Shown: positions 37,560 through 50,880, numbered from the stretch's first letter. The stretch is 64,000 bases of DNA from Paraphysomonas bandaiensis (GCA_965644295.1 CBFFRP010000169.1:124001-188000); one strand, 5' to 3'. Made by a program: numbers and translations. Notes: a model not told the origin generated them from the sequence alone.

Positions 37560-40500
37560 GACCTGAACTCGAACTCAGAAGTCCTCTGAAAGCGTACTGA
37601 AATCATCTTCAAACTAACTCAGAGACAACCATGTCACAAAACTTGGATATAACATTGACTACTGAATTCCGACAATGTAATATCCTAACAACGAATGATA
37701 CACACGAAGTGGAATTGTTTGTATCTTCCGTAGTCGATCAGTTGAATCAATGATCATCGAACAATTTAGAGGCAACAATGGAAAAATTGTAAATCACACT
37801 GGCTCATAAAAGTCAGAAAAGAAGAATTGTAATAATTCAGAGTGGACTCCGTTGCATTTTCCATATGAGAAAACAACACTGTTCCTGCTATACTCAAAAG
37901 ATTCACAGTTGCTGATTGGACACAGAATGCTTTCCATAGCATTGAACCAACTGAACCATCATCATTGCAACTCACAACTCAACTATCACCATAGAATTGA
38001 TAGTAAAACGCAAACACCAGCACGACACAAATATATTTTGACTTCCATTCTCAATTAAAAGAAACATACTCCTCATATATTAGTATCATCTAGAAAACAC
38101 AAGCATCTTTGACAACACATTAGACAAACAATTGAAAATGCTTCATTGAGATTGAACTATTGAAGACGAAACTTAGATTACACTGAGTCAACTTACTTTC
38201 GTTCCAAGTTGAACAACTATTGAACAGTTTATCATCAAGGGTATTCTCGTAAGAGATATTCCATTTGAAACTTAACAGTATATTTGAACCTTCTCCACTG
38301 TGCAGTGCAACCAACCAAACGACATGTACATAGGGTTACAAGTTTTTTTAATGAATATCTGAGTCTCCACACTGTCAACAGTGTTAAGTAAGTAGGAAAA
38401 CATTTCAATATAACCATCGAAATTGATATTGAATTTGAGAGCCATTGGAGTGAGTATGATACACATCCGGAAATAATACTTGCAATCAAGAGTAGTAACA
38501 AAAACAAATGTGATTGGTTACACAACAGTGGGATCGGGGAAGAGTCATATGGCACCGTGGGGTGGCATGGAGCTATATTTGCCTGGGTGCAATATGACCG
38601 TCTTATTGACCCAAGAAAAACAGGGCAAAAAAACATCATTATTAACCCGGAATGGCGATAATAAAGTATTGGGGAGATAGCTTGATGGTAGTGCGCATGT
38701 GTATGTATGGTAGCGAGCAACCAGGAACGCGAGCATCCAAAATCAAACATATTGACATTTTCTTTAATATAATGCATCAACACAGGTCCTTAACGCATAT
38801 ATCGTGAATACTATGGACAGATTCGAATACAAAGGGAACAATTTACAATAACGTAGAGCTCGAGGTAAATAAGAACATGATCAGCACTTTTTAGATAGAG
38901 TTTTGCATATGATGAATCGGCTGAGCGTTGGTGATTCCTCATCACCCTAGTATTAATCTCAGCCATATGAACAGAGGCAAATAATTCAACTAGCACGAGT
39001 GACGAGTGCCACAGATCACACATCTCACCATAGCCGATCCTGTCTATGGAGAGGACACATATGTTACCCTCACAGCTGTTCAGGTGCGTGCATTACATGA
39101 AGCAGAAGCGAACGCCGCCAGAGCTATAGCAGAAGCAAACGTCAGAGCTGAAGCAAACACCAGGCCCAGTTTTACCAGAGGTCTTCAAATAGACGAACAG
39201 TTATGGAGGCTTTCGTCATCTTTGAATACGACGCATAAAGCCACGCCCACAATGATGACAAAAGCTTCCATAATTGTTCGTCTATTAGAAGACTATGAGT
39301 TGAGAACATCATTGTGGGCGTGGCTTTATGTATCGTATTCAAACATGACGAAAGCCTCCATAACTGTTCGTCATCTTTGAATACGACGCATAAAGCCACG
39401 CCCACAATGATGACAAAAGCTTCCATAATTGTTCGTCTATTTGAAGACAATGAGTTGAGCACATCAATTCAAGCTATGAGTTGAAGACATTAGCGAAACA
39501 TTTACTCACTTCTTTTGAAACCAAACACCTCATCATAGAATATCCACGTCACAATCAAAATCATATCTTCACCATCACGTTCTCACATTGATACACTAAT
39601 TTTGATAAGCAACTGAACTAACTATATCAGTATCTGAACAGGACTCTTGAAGAACTACTGAATATTCCAAAAAATCACAAACTCAAAGATCCTTCTAAAT
39701 CCATCGAGACATTTCAACTCCATATTAATTGCAGCTGAGAGAAATTATAACACCAGAATGACGATCAAATACTACATCCAGTACAACGAGAGTAAATCGG
39801 TCTTCAATATCAAAACTCACTTTTCCAACCATAGTAACTTCCATGACGATGTAAACAATCCCCACATACCCAATTGTAATTTAAAACCATAAAAAGAAAT
39901 CAAACACACTCCCACTTTGAGATATTGACACAGGCTCAATACACACTTCATAGATAGCTTTTGTCGACTGGAAAATCTTTCGAACATTTACATGGAAAAG
40001 GAAACTTGGAATTATAAAAAACATCAAGATAACTGCAAAGCTTTCCACATAGAACTTTGACTCATTGATTCCCACGTAGTTACTCAGAACCATATAATAA
40101 CAAGCTTTGATACACTCATAGAATCAATTGCAATTCAGGAAAATATAGCATCTGATAGTTCGAACATTTGTAACAGACTCTCTATCATATCACCGACACA
40201 GGATCTCAACCATTACACTGAACTCTGTTCCATTCAACTGGCACATTATTGCATCCTCACACATGACACACCTGTTTGAGAAACAACAACCTCGAAAGCA
40301 TTTTGGACATTCCAAGAATATAATACAATCGATCACAAACAACTCATTTTGAATCAGGAACTCAATATTGTTGGTACATTCCAAATACCATCACAACAGC
40401 ATCCTGGAAGTTTAGATACCGCCGAACAAATATTCTCAGTAACATTCTTGGCCCAACACTCAAAGTTTAAATGCAAAGACCCGTTTAAACAACTAACAAC

Positions 40501-42760
40501 ATCTCTGGTCACTTGAAGTAAACATCGCTTCCACTCATATCACATTCTGAACCCCACAATATCACCGCCACAATGACAAGCAATGTAATCGAAGATAACT
40601 CCTGATGAAGAACAATGAATATTCAGATCACTCTCTCAACAAAGAAAATCTACTCTTAGTCAATTCAAATTTTCAACTCACATTAGATACTCAAACCCAC
40701 TCAATAATGATTGCCCAACACAAGATACATACGCAACTGACCATTTATTGAACAGTGCAAACCGAACAATGAATCCCAACTTGGAAAACTTTCATGAACA
40801 ACGTCTCGAGAACATTCATGTATTTTCGACCAGACTCTCATTTGGTCTGTAACACGTTTGACATACTTTCAACAAACTTCAAAATCATATTCCTCTTGCA
40901 AATATCATTGAAATGATATTGAATAGTACGACAGTACATCATTGAAGAACATATTATCACTGAACACACTGACAGAATTCTCACTCTTAACACTCAGTCA
41001 AGCTCAATGTAAAATTTGGTACTTTGACACGTCATTTGCAAAACTTCAACTCTCAAAACAAATCTGACCTTCAAACAATTGAGCATCTCAAATTGAACAC
41101 ATTACATAATCATATATATCTCATCGAAGTTATTGAACAACAAATCAAACTGAACCGGATTAGAAACAATAACTAATTATTGAAAAGCACTCACTCGATT
41201 ATACAATATATATATAAGTATCATCGGTATATAACATAGGCAATAACATCATGCTGAATCTGTACAATTTGAAACACACACTAACTGAACTCTCCATTCC
41301 AAGAATACAAAGAAAACACCATTGGCCTTGCTTCCACAAACTCTTAATATATATATACGAACATAAACTATGATACAAATTCACAACTGACTCACGCATC
41401 CACATTGAACACATTCACATTGACACCATGAAACATCACTCAATGATTTGAACACTGAACCACATGTGGACACTCCACAACAAAGTGCTGTTGTCTAGCA
41501 CCTCTACTCAACACACATTCCACTCTAGAATATAGCACTCACTGACAACATAGGTTCAAAATTGACTCTAGTGTAGACATTCATCGCAACAAATTACAAA
41601 CAATTAAAGTTTAACCGACAACTTATCGAAGAAACTATTTACAACACAATACAATCTCCCCAGCACAAGCATTGCCTAACGAATCCTCTGAGAAAGAAAC
41701 TGATGAACTCATTCGTTACAAATAATATGATTAGGCACACTGATGATAATGCATCTCCGATAGTATTACAACATCAACATCGAGCACAACCATTCTTCAT
41801 TCCACAGGTTGAACCTACAATTGTAATAGACACACTGATTTGACAAAAGGCGGTCCGGGTCCATGCTCATCGCACCACACAAGTTCTTTGGTACACACGC
41901 CCAGTTTCTTAACCATCATCTTCCATCATCTTAAAGTAAAGAAAACCGACCACTTCAAACTGACTCATCAGTAACAAATTTTCTCTCACAAGTTGTCCTA
42001 GCACTGCAAAAGAGTTTAACGGAATCCAAGTACCGCTAACAACAATGGCATTCGACATGGCTAATTGAACAATTGAGACAACAGATGAATCACAGTTAAT
42101 ATCGTCATTGACAGTAGGTTCTTCAATTGAAAGGTGATTCACTGAAACAACCTGTACAGAAGAATAACTATTAAACTGCACAGCAGGTCTGTCGTTCTGC
42201 TGCTCCTGGTCAATCGTCGAGACATTACTTATCATTTCCTGAATATTTGACTCAACATACACAGGATCAATGCACTGTTCCTTGACGCACATAAATGAAC
42301 ATTCAACAACTGAGTCTTCGTCATGAGTGTAAGTCGCAACCTTATCATACGACTACAAGGAAACGCACAAAACACACTCTCCACCTCAGCTAGTTCCATT
42401 GCATCACATACAACAGTGTCTTGCACTATCAAAACCTCCACTTTGGTAGAATTGACACTCTCAACATGAACATCTGAAGGCTTTTTCTCTTTGAAAGCAA
42501 CTGAAGCTGCATGTGAAGTTCTTTGAGATCTTATGCCTTCAATTGTTGTTACTCCTTCTTCAATCCTATTGAAACGTTGATTGTGCTTAGCAAACTGATT
42601 ATTGGGAACACTCCTTCTGCTGTTGTTGCTGTTGACAAACTGTATGAGCTCTTTAAGGAGAGTATGACCAAACACCCAGTCAGTCTAGCAGTAGCACAAG
42701 TCCGCACAGGTCACCACGACAACACGACGATCTACACTTCACACTTCACACAGCACACTA
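37560..42760 (-). mobile_element. Highly decayed Ty1/Copia-like retrotransposon body (boundaries approximate)
   Basis: Minus-strand remnants in Copia order: IEPVSI (39930), GMWGL...K*VLILKTD (compare xTWEL...KWVFKIK; 39870-39800) and MILIV/DVDIL (compare YVDD; about 39570-39535). Many stops; interrupted at 38.8-39.5 kb. Confidence 0.5.
38775..39475. repeat. Scrambled, multiply inverted copy of the 'ANARAxFYQR' family
   Basis: 38775-39002 is the minus-oriented 3' part, 39006-39220 is the plus-oriented 5' part, and 39180-39470 is alternating inverted/direct blocks of the same ~70 bp. Confidence 0.8.
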
Positions 42761-45122
42761 CTATCTACGAAATCACGTATTTTGTACTAAAACCTCGAAG
42801 TTTCTGTCCAATCTGTCCAAATCGAAGAAATCAGAACCTGAAAAGCCTGATTTCTAACGTATCGTCAAAGATGCCTCAAATATTGAGACAACAATTATCT
42901 GTATTCCAGCCGTAGTTGTATTGCAGTTATATAGAAGATTTCTGCTTCAATTTAATCCCGAAAAATAAGATGCTGACTGCCGATACTTAAAGGGAACCTG
43001 GAACACTCGTACCTTGTCTGCACTATAACAAGACTAGACAACCAAGTAAGAAACCCTCATTCATTAGGTGAAAAAGTTCGTCATACAATTTGTCTGATTT
43101 GTTAGGAGTGTTTCATTTCCCAGAAATCGGAATTTATTCTTCATGGTGTGTTTGGAAATGTAAAAATGCTTCATAGTGAGTCTTCACACACAAGGAGGGA
43201 AGGCGCAGGGCTATCTTCTTGTGTATTCTTCTCTTATTGCTGTAGCATGGATACTGTACATTTTCCATTTAGTTGGCGATTGTCCTCTATGTAGTACTGA
43301 GGAGGTTCATCTTGACCAATCGACAAAGCACAGCATCTACGATGAATACGTTAATGATATGTGTGCCTTTGATAGTAGCAAAGATCTGCTTTCTGAGCGC
43401 ACTTTTTTAGATTGTGGAGAAATGTGTACAAGCACGTCAAACGTCGAGTTCAAGCAAAGCTGTGAGAATGCAATGTATGTTCCGCTTTATCCGAGTTAAG
43501 GAGGAAGTATCAGGACAGCAGAGGGCGCAGTACACATTTCTGTTTAGCATGCACCGTACTGCATTACTTTCATGGGTGAGCGCCACATCTACTATACACG
43601 ACGAGCCCTGGGACTAATGGAATCATGATCTTATATTTCCGGTATAACTGATTGAGTGCAACAGAGTAGATGCTTGCTACCATAGTTTGGTCACAATAAT
43701 GCTCCACCTAAGTACTTGAGGCAGTACCTTCAAAGTTTTTTGTCGCATGGTCGTAGCCTCGACATTTGTCGCTCGTTTTCCAATGTTAGAGTTACAGCTT
43801 TGTTTTGTATATATATGTGGCTTCTATAAGTCTTGAGAAACTGTTCGTTGCAAATGGGCGCAAGTCTGTGGGAACAATTTTTCATCAGATTGATGGTAGA
43901 TCAGGAAATGTCAATGTATTGTAATTGGTGGTGTGCTTTATGGTAGTGTTATATGGAATTTTAGTGAAAACGATGTCTTGACTTGGTTATTGCCTATACC
44001 CACGAGAATATAGACGGACTCTTGCCCTTATATATGGAACTTTCTGAAGGACAAACACCGGACTCATGGTGTTCGAAGGTGTTATCAAATCCGCGTTGCA
44101 GTACCAGGACAATCTTGAAGTGAAGTATATACTTGTGGTCCCGGACGTTTCGGGTTAGTGTCGACGGGTTAGTTGACCCAAAGGTTAAACGTTTCGCAAA
44201 AGGAATGGTCGCTGCAGTTCATTTTTGAAATAGTGGAACCGGAGAGGCTGAGCATGGTGTGAAAGCTACTTGGCGGCCGTATGGAAAAGACAAAGTGATT
44301 GAGATTGTGGATGATCCTGACCAGGATTCGATCACCGAGTTGATCCCTCAGCTTACCAAGGTCAACATTCAGCCTTCCGATGAAGACCCACCCTTCAGCT
44401 ATTTATTGCTGTCACCACGAGAGGCTAGAGTTTTAAGCCGGAGCCTTTTGTGTCCATGAGTAGGCAATACGCATCACCTTTCTCAAACAAGATGGTTCAA
44501 TCCTACGCTGGTAAGAATCCTGCTGTGGTGGAGAGCTGGACGCGGTGGTGCGAGGGACTGTCACAGCTTGTCATGACGATGAATCCTATGATGTGAAGTA
44601 CAAAGACGGTGGAGCCAATGGGAATTCGTCTTGGAAGTTACTGTTTCCTCCACCGGATCCTCGAAAGTGAACTTCTAGTAATGATATGAAATGATATAGT
44701 TGTTTCGGATGACTACAAGTGGGTGGATACTGGGGCTGTTTCTTCCGCCATTCACTCTGTATCCGGCAAACGCAAGCGATCGAATGTAACTTATAAAATG
44801 TGAATTTGCTAGGGACTTTTGTATGATTATATAATATATACATTATATTATTAATATGTTATATAATATATATGAATTCTTACGTATTCTACTACTATAG
44901 TTAGTAGTTAATAGTTATATATGGTAACTATAATGCTTGTACCGCTAATTTTATTTTGTAAATAATGAACAAATATAATGTTTTGAGTAGTAAAACAAGC
45001 TACAAACGTGTTAGAAAGAATCTAGAATCATAAAGTGCAAGATAGCTTATCCCCATTCTCAAAAAAGCTTTTTCTTGACCTGATTTTGTCTCAACAGAGC
45101 GCTCATATCAGTACCAGGAAAA

Positions 45123-45277
45123 TATAGACTTTCCATGGCATTCAACTTCAATATTCGGTTCAACAGAAGCTCACTTCTATCGTAATTATGATAATGACAG
45201 TCATATGTACGACGTACATTACGTGATTTCATTCATACCAGTATACATAATACATACCATTCTTTTGAAACAATATG
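45123..45277 (+). repeat. ~155-bp direct repeat, partner at 47052-47208
   Basis: atagac(t/a)ttccatggcattcaacttcaatattcgg...cataccattc(t/a)tttgaaacaatat at both sites. Confidence 0.9.
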
Positions 45278-45631
45278 AATTCTCATTTGTTTTCTTAAGA
45301 ACGTTAATCAGGGAACATATATTTCTTTTTACAGCAAGCAAGCTACTAAAAATGCTACACAAGAATCTAATATTAAGTTTTCAAAATGAGAATAAGCTAC
45401 AATTTAACCTAGGGAGAAAGCTGGGATAAAGAGTATAGAGTATCGTCCCTTGTCTAAAGTTAGAACGATAGTCATTGTCAATTATACTTCTAACTATTCC
45501 GTTGTGTATGATGGTTATGTCCTGCATTATTATTCACTTTTCTACAATAGTTACTGTGTTCATCACATTACACTCTAATGATCACAACATTACTAAGCTT
45601 ACTATTACTAAGCTTAAATCTGCATTTAACG

Positions 45632-46669
45632 CATCATCACCCTCGTAGTTATCTCAGCCATATGAACAAACAAAAAATGCAACTAGCACGAGTGCTAGTG
45701 CAACTACAACGTCTTCGTCTTTGAAGACGATGCACAAAGCCACGCCCACAATGACGATGAAAGCTTCCAAACTTGCTCGCTTATTAGAAGACTATCAGTT
45801 GAACACGTGAATACAATCTACAGATTGACAGAAGTGGAATGCATACCTCTGATAAAACTCAGCTCTGGCGCTTTCTTCAGCTAGAGCATCTCGTAAGGCA
45901 CGCACCTCAGCAGCTGTGAGGGTAACGGTCTCCTCTCCATCGACATCGACATCGACAGGATCGGCTATGGATGGAGGTGTGCTCTGAGACATTGAAGCGA
46001 GTGCTGCTACCTCATACAGCTTCAACCATATCGATATTCATGCGTTCATTTCCATATGGAACAAACAAACAACCAGGGGGTGGTTGTGCATATCGATTTC
46101 ATAGATTTGTTCATCGTTTATTTCATCGAAAAATCATCGTTTTTTCAGTGAAAAGTCACATTTTTTCTTTTCACTGAAAAAACGATGATTTTTCGATCTA
46201 TGAAATCGATATGCACAACCACCCCCTGGTTGTTTGTTTGTTCCATATGGATATGAACGCATGAATATCGATATGGTTGAAGCTGTATGAGGTAGCAGCA
46301 CTCGCTTCAATGTCTCAGAGCACACCTCCATCCATAGCCGATCCTGTCGATGTCGATGTCGACGGAGAGGAGACCGTTACCCTCACAGCTGCTGAGGTGC
46401 GTGCCTTACGAGATGCTCTAGCTGAAGAAAGCGCCAGAGCTGAGTTTTATCAGAGGTATGCATACCGCTTCTGTCAATCTGTAGATTGTATTCACGTGTT
46501 CAACTGATAGTCTTCTAATAAGCGAGCAAGTTTGGAAGCTTTCGTCGTCATTGTGGGCGTGGCTTTGTACATCGTCTTCAAAGACGAAGACGTTGTAGTT
46601 GTACTAGCACTCGTGCTAGTTGCATTTTTTTGTTTGTTCATGGATGAGATAACTACGAGGGTGATGATG
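45632..46669. repeat. ~1-kb near-perfect palindrome (arms about 45632-46155 and 46167-46669, 11-nt loop)
   Basis: Near-identical ORFs at 45795-46025(-) and 46277-46507(+). Centre: cgttttttcagtgaaaag-tcacatttttt-cttttcactgaaaaaacg. Confidence 0.95.
45795..45992 (-). CDS. Small Ala/Glu/Arg coiled-coil ORF, palindrome left-arm copy
   Basis: MSQSTPPSIADPVDVDVDGEETVTLTAAEVRALRDALAEESARAEFYQR. This 5' part stays open in the five copies that contain it. Confidence 0.45.
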   Translation of the reverse strand: MSQSTPPSIADPVDVDVDGEETVTLTAAEVRALRDALAEESARAEFYQRYAFHFCQSVDCIHVFN

Positions 46670-46798
46670 AGGAAGCACCTTCGCTCAGCCGATTCATCAT
46701 ATGCAAAACTCCATCTAAAAAGTGCTGATCATGTTCTTATTTTTCTCGAGCTCTACGTTATTTTAAATTCTTCCCTTTGTATTCGAATCTGTCCATAG
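46310..46798 (+). CDS. Small coiled-coil ORF plus downstream hydrophobic (2-TM-like) frame, right-arm copy; splicing unresolved
   Basis: ATG at 46310 (MSQSTPP); candidate donor CAGAG|GTATGC at about 46456. The downstream frame EAFVVIVGVALYIVFKDEDVVVVLALVLVAFFCLF is open to 46798. Confidence 0.4.
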
Positions 46799-47212
46799 TA
46801 TTCACGATATATGCGTTAAGGACCTGTGTTGATGTTGTGATCATTTGTGTAATTGATAAACACAGTAGTTATTATAGAAAAGTGAATAATAATGCAGGAC
46901 ATAACATGACTACCGTTATGATGACGATCAAGTATCTTCAACACATACACTCATTAATTCAGTTTATGATGTATTTCATTAACTTTATATTTCACATATA
47001 CTATCATATATTACGATGAATCCTACTTCGCCCCCACAATGAAATAATCACAATAGACATTCCATGGCATTCAACTTCAATATTCGGCTCAACAGAAGCT
47101 CACTTCTATCCTAATTATGATAATGACAGTCATATTATGTACGACGTACATTACGTGATTTCATTCATACCAGTATACATAATACATACCATTCATTTGA
47201 AACAATATATAT

Positions 47213-48500
47213 TGAAAGTCTTATTATTAGCTATAGGCGTTAAAAACATGCACTAACTTAGTAGCTAGATGAATGCTAGACAAACTAGTTAGACCTCTAC
47301 CTGTAACTAATCAGTACACACTTTTTTTATCCTACTATTTAACGCTACGGAAGCTGCTTGTGCGTCGCCGCAAGCACCAAGGTGCAACCACTTCCGCTCT
47401 GAGTTCTTAAGGTGAACATCCCGGATGCTTGACTTCAGCAGGCAGCCCAATACCCCGGTTACCCTTCAGGTGGGCCCTGTCCCGGATGCCCTTGAGGTGG
47501 ACCCATTCCCGGATGCCTGTTTATTCGTCAGGGCCCAAAGACGTCTACACAAGTGACACTTATTGGTGTCCCTTGTACCACACAAGCATTCGGCTATGAG
47601 TGGGCAGAAGAATATCCGCTGACTATGTTTGCGGCTCACGTTAGTTTCCCAGAGAGAATCTCTCCGGTACTTATCCCCCAGAACACCACGAAAAGGTGCG
47701 AGTCCGACTTTGTTGATGGCAAACGAGCCACCTAGGTCGCTTGTGGCTTGGTAATTGTGGTTTAGGTGTCTCTGAGGTTGTTGATCGCTTTCTGTTGCTG
47801 CTGTATGAGATGTCGAACCCAGCTCCCCCCATCAATGTAGTTCGCAATGTGCGGGAGTTATTTGCTTCTAGTGGTTTTGTAAGGAGGTCGGCTAACATTG
47901 ACTTTGTGGATATATGATCCACAGTCAAATGTTCTCCGCAATGTGTTCACGGGTGAAGTGGTATCGAGTCGCGATATGTTTTGTACGTAGATGATGAGTA
48001 GGATTGTAACATAATTGGACTGCACCTTTATTATCGCACCAAATAGTTGTTGAGAATGGAAGTTTGAAACCAATTTCTGATAATAAAGAGCGTAGCCATA
48101 ATGCTTCCTGAGCTGCTGACGATAAAGCCATATACTCAGCTTCAGTAGATGACAATGCCACAGTTGTCTGTAATCGAGATTGCCATGATATAAGACAATT
48201 ACCTATGAAGAATGTAAAAGCTGTGGTGAACCGTTGAAACTTTTCTGTGTCCCAATTGAATCACAAGCCGTGATCCAAAGCAAGTGCACTGAGAAAAGTT
48301 ATGTGTCTTGTCTGTGACTTAAACTTAACTAAATAGTACCCGCCAGTGGGCTGCGGTACTGTCCAGGCACAACAACGGGTGCACTGCCAGAAACAAACAC
48401 AAGCCGTGAATGTTCTTTGATATAATTAATTTTACGTCAGATAGACAAGAAGAGAACAAACATTCAATCTCTCTATGTCGCTACACAACACTACAACACT
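47213..48500 (-). mobile_element. Internally deleted Ty1/Copia element: 609-bp LTR (47213-47821), PPT and RNase H remnant
   Basis: RNase H motifs VALSSTEAEYMAL, DNKGA, RTKHI and ADLLTK, with a 1-nt frameshift at about 47928. PPT GATGGGGGGAG lies next to the LTR, which is bounded by TG...CA. Confidence 0.85.
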
Positions 48501-48705
48501 ACAACAAAACCAAAGACGAGGTCGAAGTGAGTGTAAACCTGTGCAGGTTTAAAGCAGGTTTATAATCATCAGCACTATCTTCTATTCTATATGCTGGGCT
48601 GTGATATATAATTCTTTTGAAGAGTTATTACTATTACAGTTTGGATGTATACATGTATATATGTGTACATACTAACCTAGTATCTCTCTTTCACCCACAC
48701 ATATA

Positions 48706-48722
48706 CCTAACCCTAACCCTAA
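48706..48722. repeat. Interstitial telomere-like (CCCTAA) repeat, duplicated at 61446-61462
   Basis: cctaaccctaaccctaa. Confidence 0.6.
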
Positions 48723-49393
48723 TATGTGAACCCTTTAGTTCATGGTATATTTCATTGAACATTATAACTCACATATACTATCATGTATTAAGCTGAATCC
48801 TAATAATAAACTGTAAACTGAATTAATGATTGTATCTGTTGGAGATACTTGATCGTCATCATAGCGATGGTCATTGTCAATTATATTTCTAACTATTATT
48901 CGGCTATGTATGATAGTTATGTTCTGCATTATTATTCACTTTTCTACATTACTATGTTCGTGACTTCACACTCTAATAATCACAACATTCTTCTTACTAT
49001 CACTAAGCTTAAATCTGCATTTTAACGAGTCGACGCAGGTCCTTAACGCATATATCGTGAATACTATGGACAGATTCGAATACAAGGGAACAAATTACAA
49101 TAACGTAGAGCTCGAGAAAAATAAGAACATGATCAGCACTTTTTAAATGGAGTATTGCATATGATAAATCGGCTGAGCGTTGTGCTTCCTCATCACCCTC
49201 GTTGTAATCTCCGCCATATGAACACGCAAAATAACGCAACTAGCACGAGTGCTAGTATTATTACAAAGTCTTCGTCTTTGAAGACGATGCACAAAGCCAC
49301 GCCCACAATGATGACGAAAGCTTCCAAACTTGTTCGTCTAATTGAAGACTATCAGATGAACACATGAATACAATCTACAGATTGACAGAAGTG

Positions 49394-49585
49394 CTATGCA
49401 TACCTCTGATAAAACTGTCTGGCGTTTGCTTCAGCTAGAGCTCTGGCGGCGTTCGCATCAGCCCTGGCGTTTGCTTCAGCTAGAGCATTTCGTAATGCAC
49501 GCACCTCAACAGCTGTGGGGGTAACGGTCTCCTCTCCATCGACATCGACAGGATCGGCTATGGGTAGAGGTGTGATCTGAGACAT
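49394..49585 (-). CDS. 'ANARAxFYQR' family ORF copy
   Basis: MSQITPLPIADPVDVDGEETVTPTAVEVRALRNALAEANARADANAARALAEANARQFYQRYA. Confidence 0.45.
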   Translation of the reverse strand: MSQITPLPIADPVDVDGEETVTPTAVEVRALRNALAEANARADANAARALAEANARQFYQRYA

Positions 49586-50880
49586 TGAAGCGAGTGCTGC
49601 TACCTCATACAGCTTCAACCATATCGATATTCATGCGTTCATTTCCATATACATACATAGAAATATAAAAGTCTTCTGATCTGAGCACGACTTCCACTTC
49701 AATTGTTTCTGTTCGTTCTAGTACAGAACAAATATCAAACAGTATCTTTAACGGGCACTTCGTTTTCAGGCTTTCTAAATGATCGACTATTTACACAACC
49801 TAAACTAAAAAATCCCCTGGTTTTTCACTCAAAAAGTCACAAAACTACACATTTTCAAGAAAATAATCGGCATATTGTACACAGAATCCAGAGACAGATG
49901 TCTGTTAGCTTCACATGCAGGATACGATGCGATACTTTTACAGTAATAAGAGGAACGCAGGCTGATATGATCATAACCTCACTGGGAATACATGAGCTCA
50001 TAGTTCTTTCATGCCACATGCTGCTGGTTGTTGATTCAGCTGGTGAAAGGTATGGTTAAGTGGCATTCATACAGGAGAGTTGGTCTATTTCAAAGACAGA
50101 GATAGCAGAGTTGATTCCATGACCATAACACCGGAGGGACCGGATGATATTGTAAATATATTCAATTTAGTGGTTCGAAACAGAGCATATGAGTATACTC
50201 ATACTGCAGAGCTGATCATCAGAGAGACTCACATAAGAATAACTCCACTTGAGTGTCATTCTCCTCTCTGATTTGAAGGTATATACTAATATGACTGTAT
50301 CATTTATAGATACTTTCTCATAGTGTTCTGTGCGTATTGATGTATATGACGATACTGTGTTGGAGCATGTCAATCATTGTTGACGTGCAGCATACTCTGC
50401 GGAGCCGCATGAACACGATTGTCATGTAACACCAGCGGAGTCTTCGGGTAACGTTCTTGAAATATGTTGTAACACCACTGATTCTATCCCCAAGGGGGAA
50501 ACAATCGGTACACTGCGAGATAATGTATGTATGAGTTTTTTACTTTTAATGTATGTTACATATTACACCAGGTTATTACTGTGGCGGATCTACCTTCGGA
50601 ATTATAGGGGTGGAGGGTGCCCCATATTGACAGCGTAACTAATCACCGCGTTTGACCGTCTTGTGTGTGCTGGTGAGTAGGGTTGCGACCGCGTACCTCT
50701 GCCTATGTACACATTGCTTAGTTCAGCGCTTCCCCACCCGGGTTCTCATTGCATATTCAGCGCTAAAAACTGTGTGATAATGATGTAGCTAGTTGGTTTC
50801 AGTAGGTAGATAGTAAATAACATATGGGACTTAATCAATAATCAAGTATTAGTTAAACCCCCACCCGGCTCTACCTATAT

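Noticed and set aside
43176-44700. Coding-looking fragments (43176-43617, 44259-44660)
   Set aside because: No consistent exon chain or recognisable motif. It may be a pseudogene but I cannot support a call.
45632-46669. Palindrome as a whole-genome-amplification chimera
   Set aside because: The arms differ by several substitutions and indels, unlike a fresh fold-back artefact. It is kept as real pending long reads.
47400-47720. GC-rich dispersed repeat as a SINE or structured ncRNA
   Set aside because: It lies within a TG..CA-bounded unit next to a PPT and Copia RNase H, so an LTR explains it. No clear A/B boxes or tail.
49703-50870. ORFs repeated identically at 62486-63156
   Set aside because: Identity reflects the recent segmental duplication, not selection. 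They have non-ATG starts and no recognisable domain.
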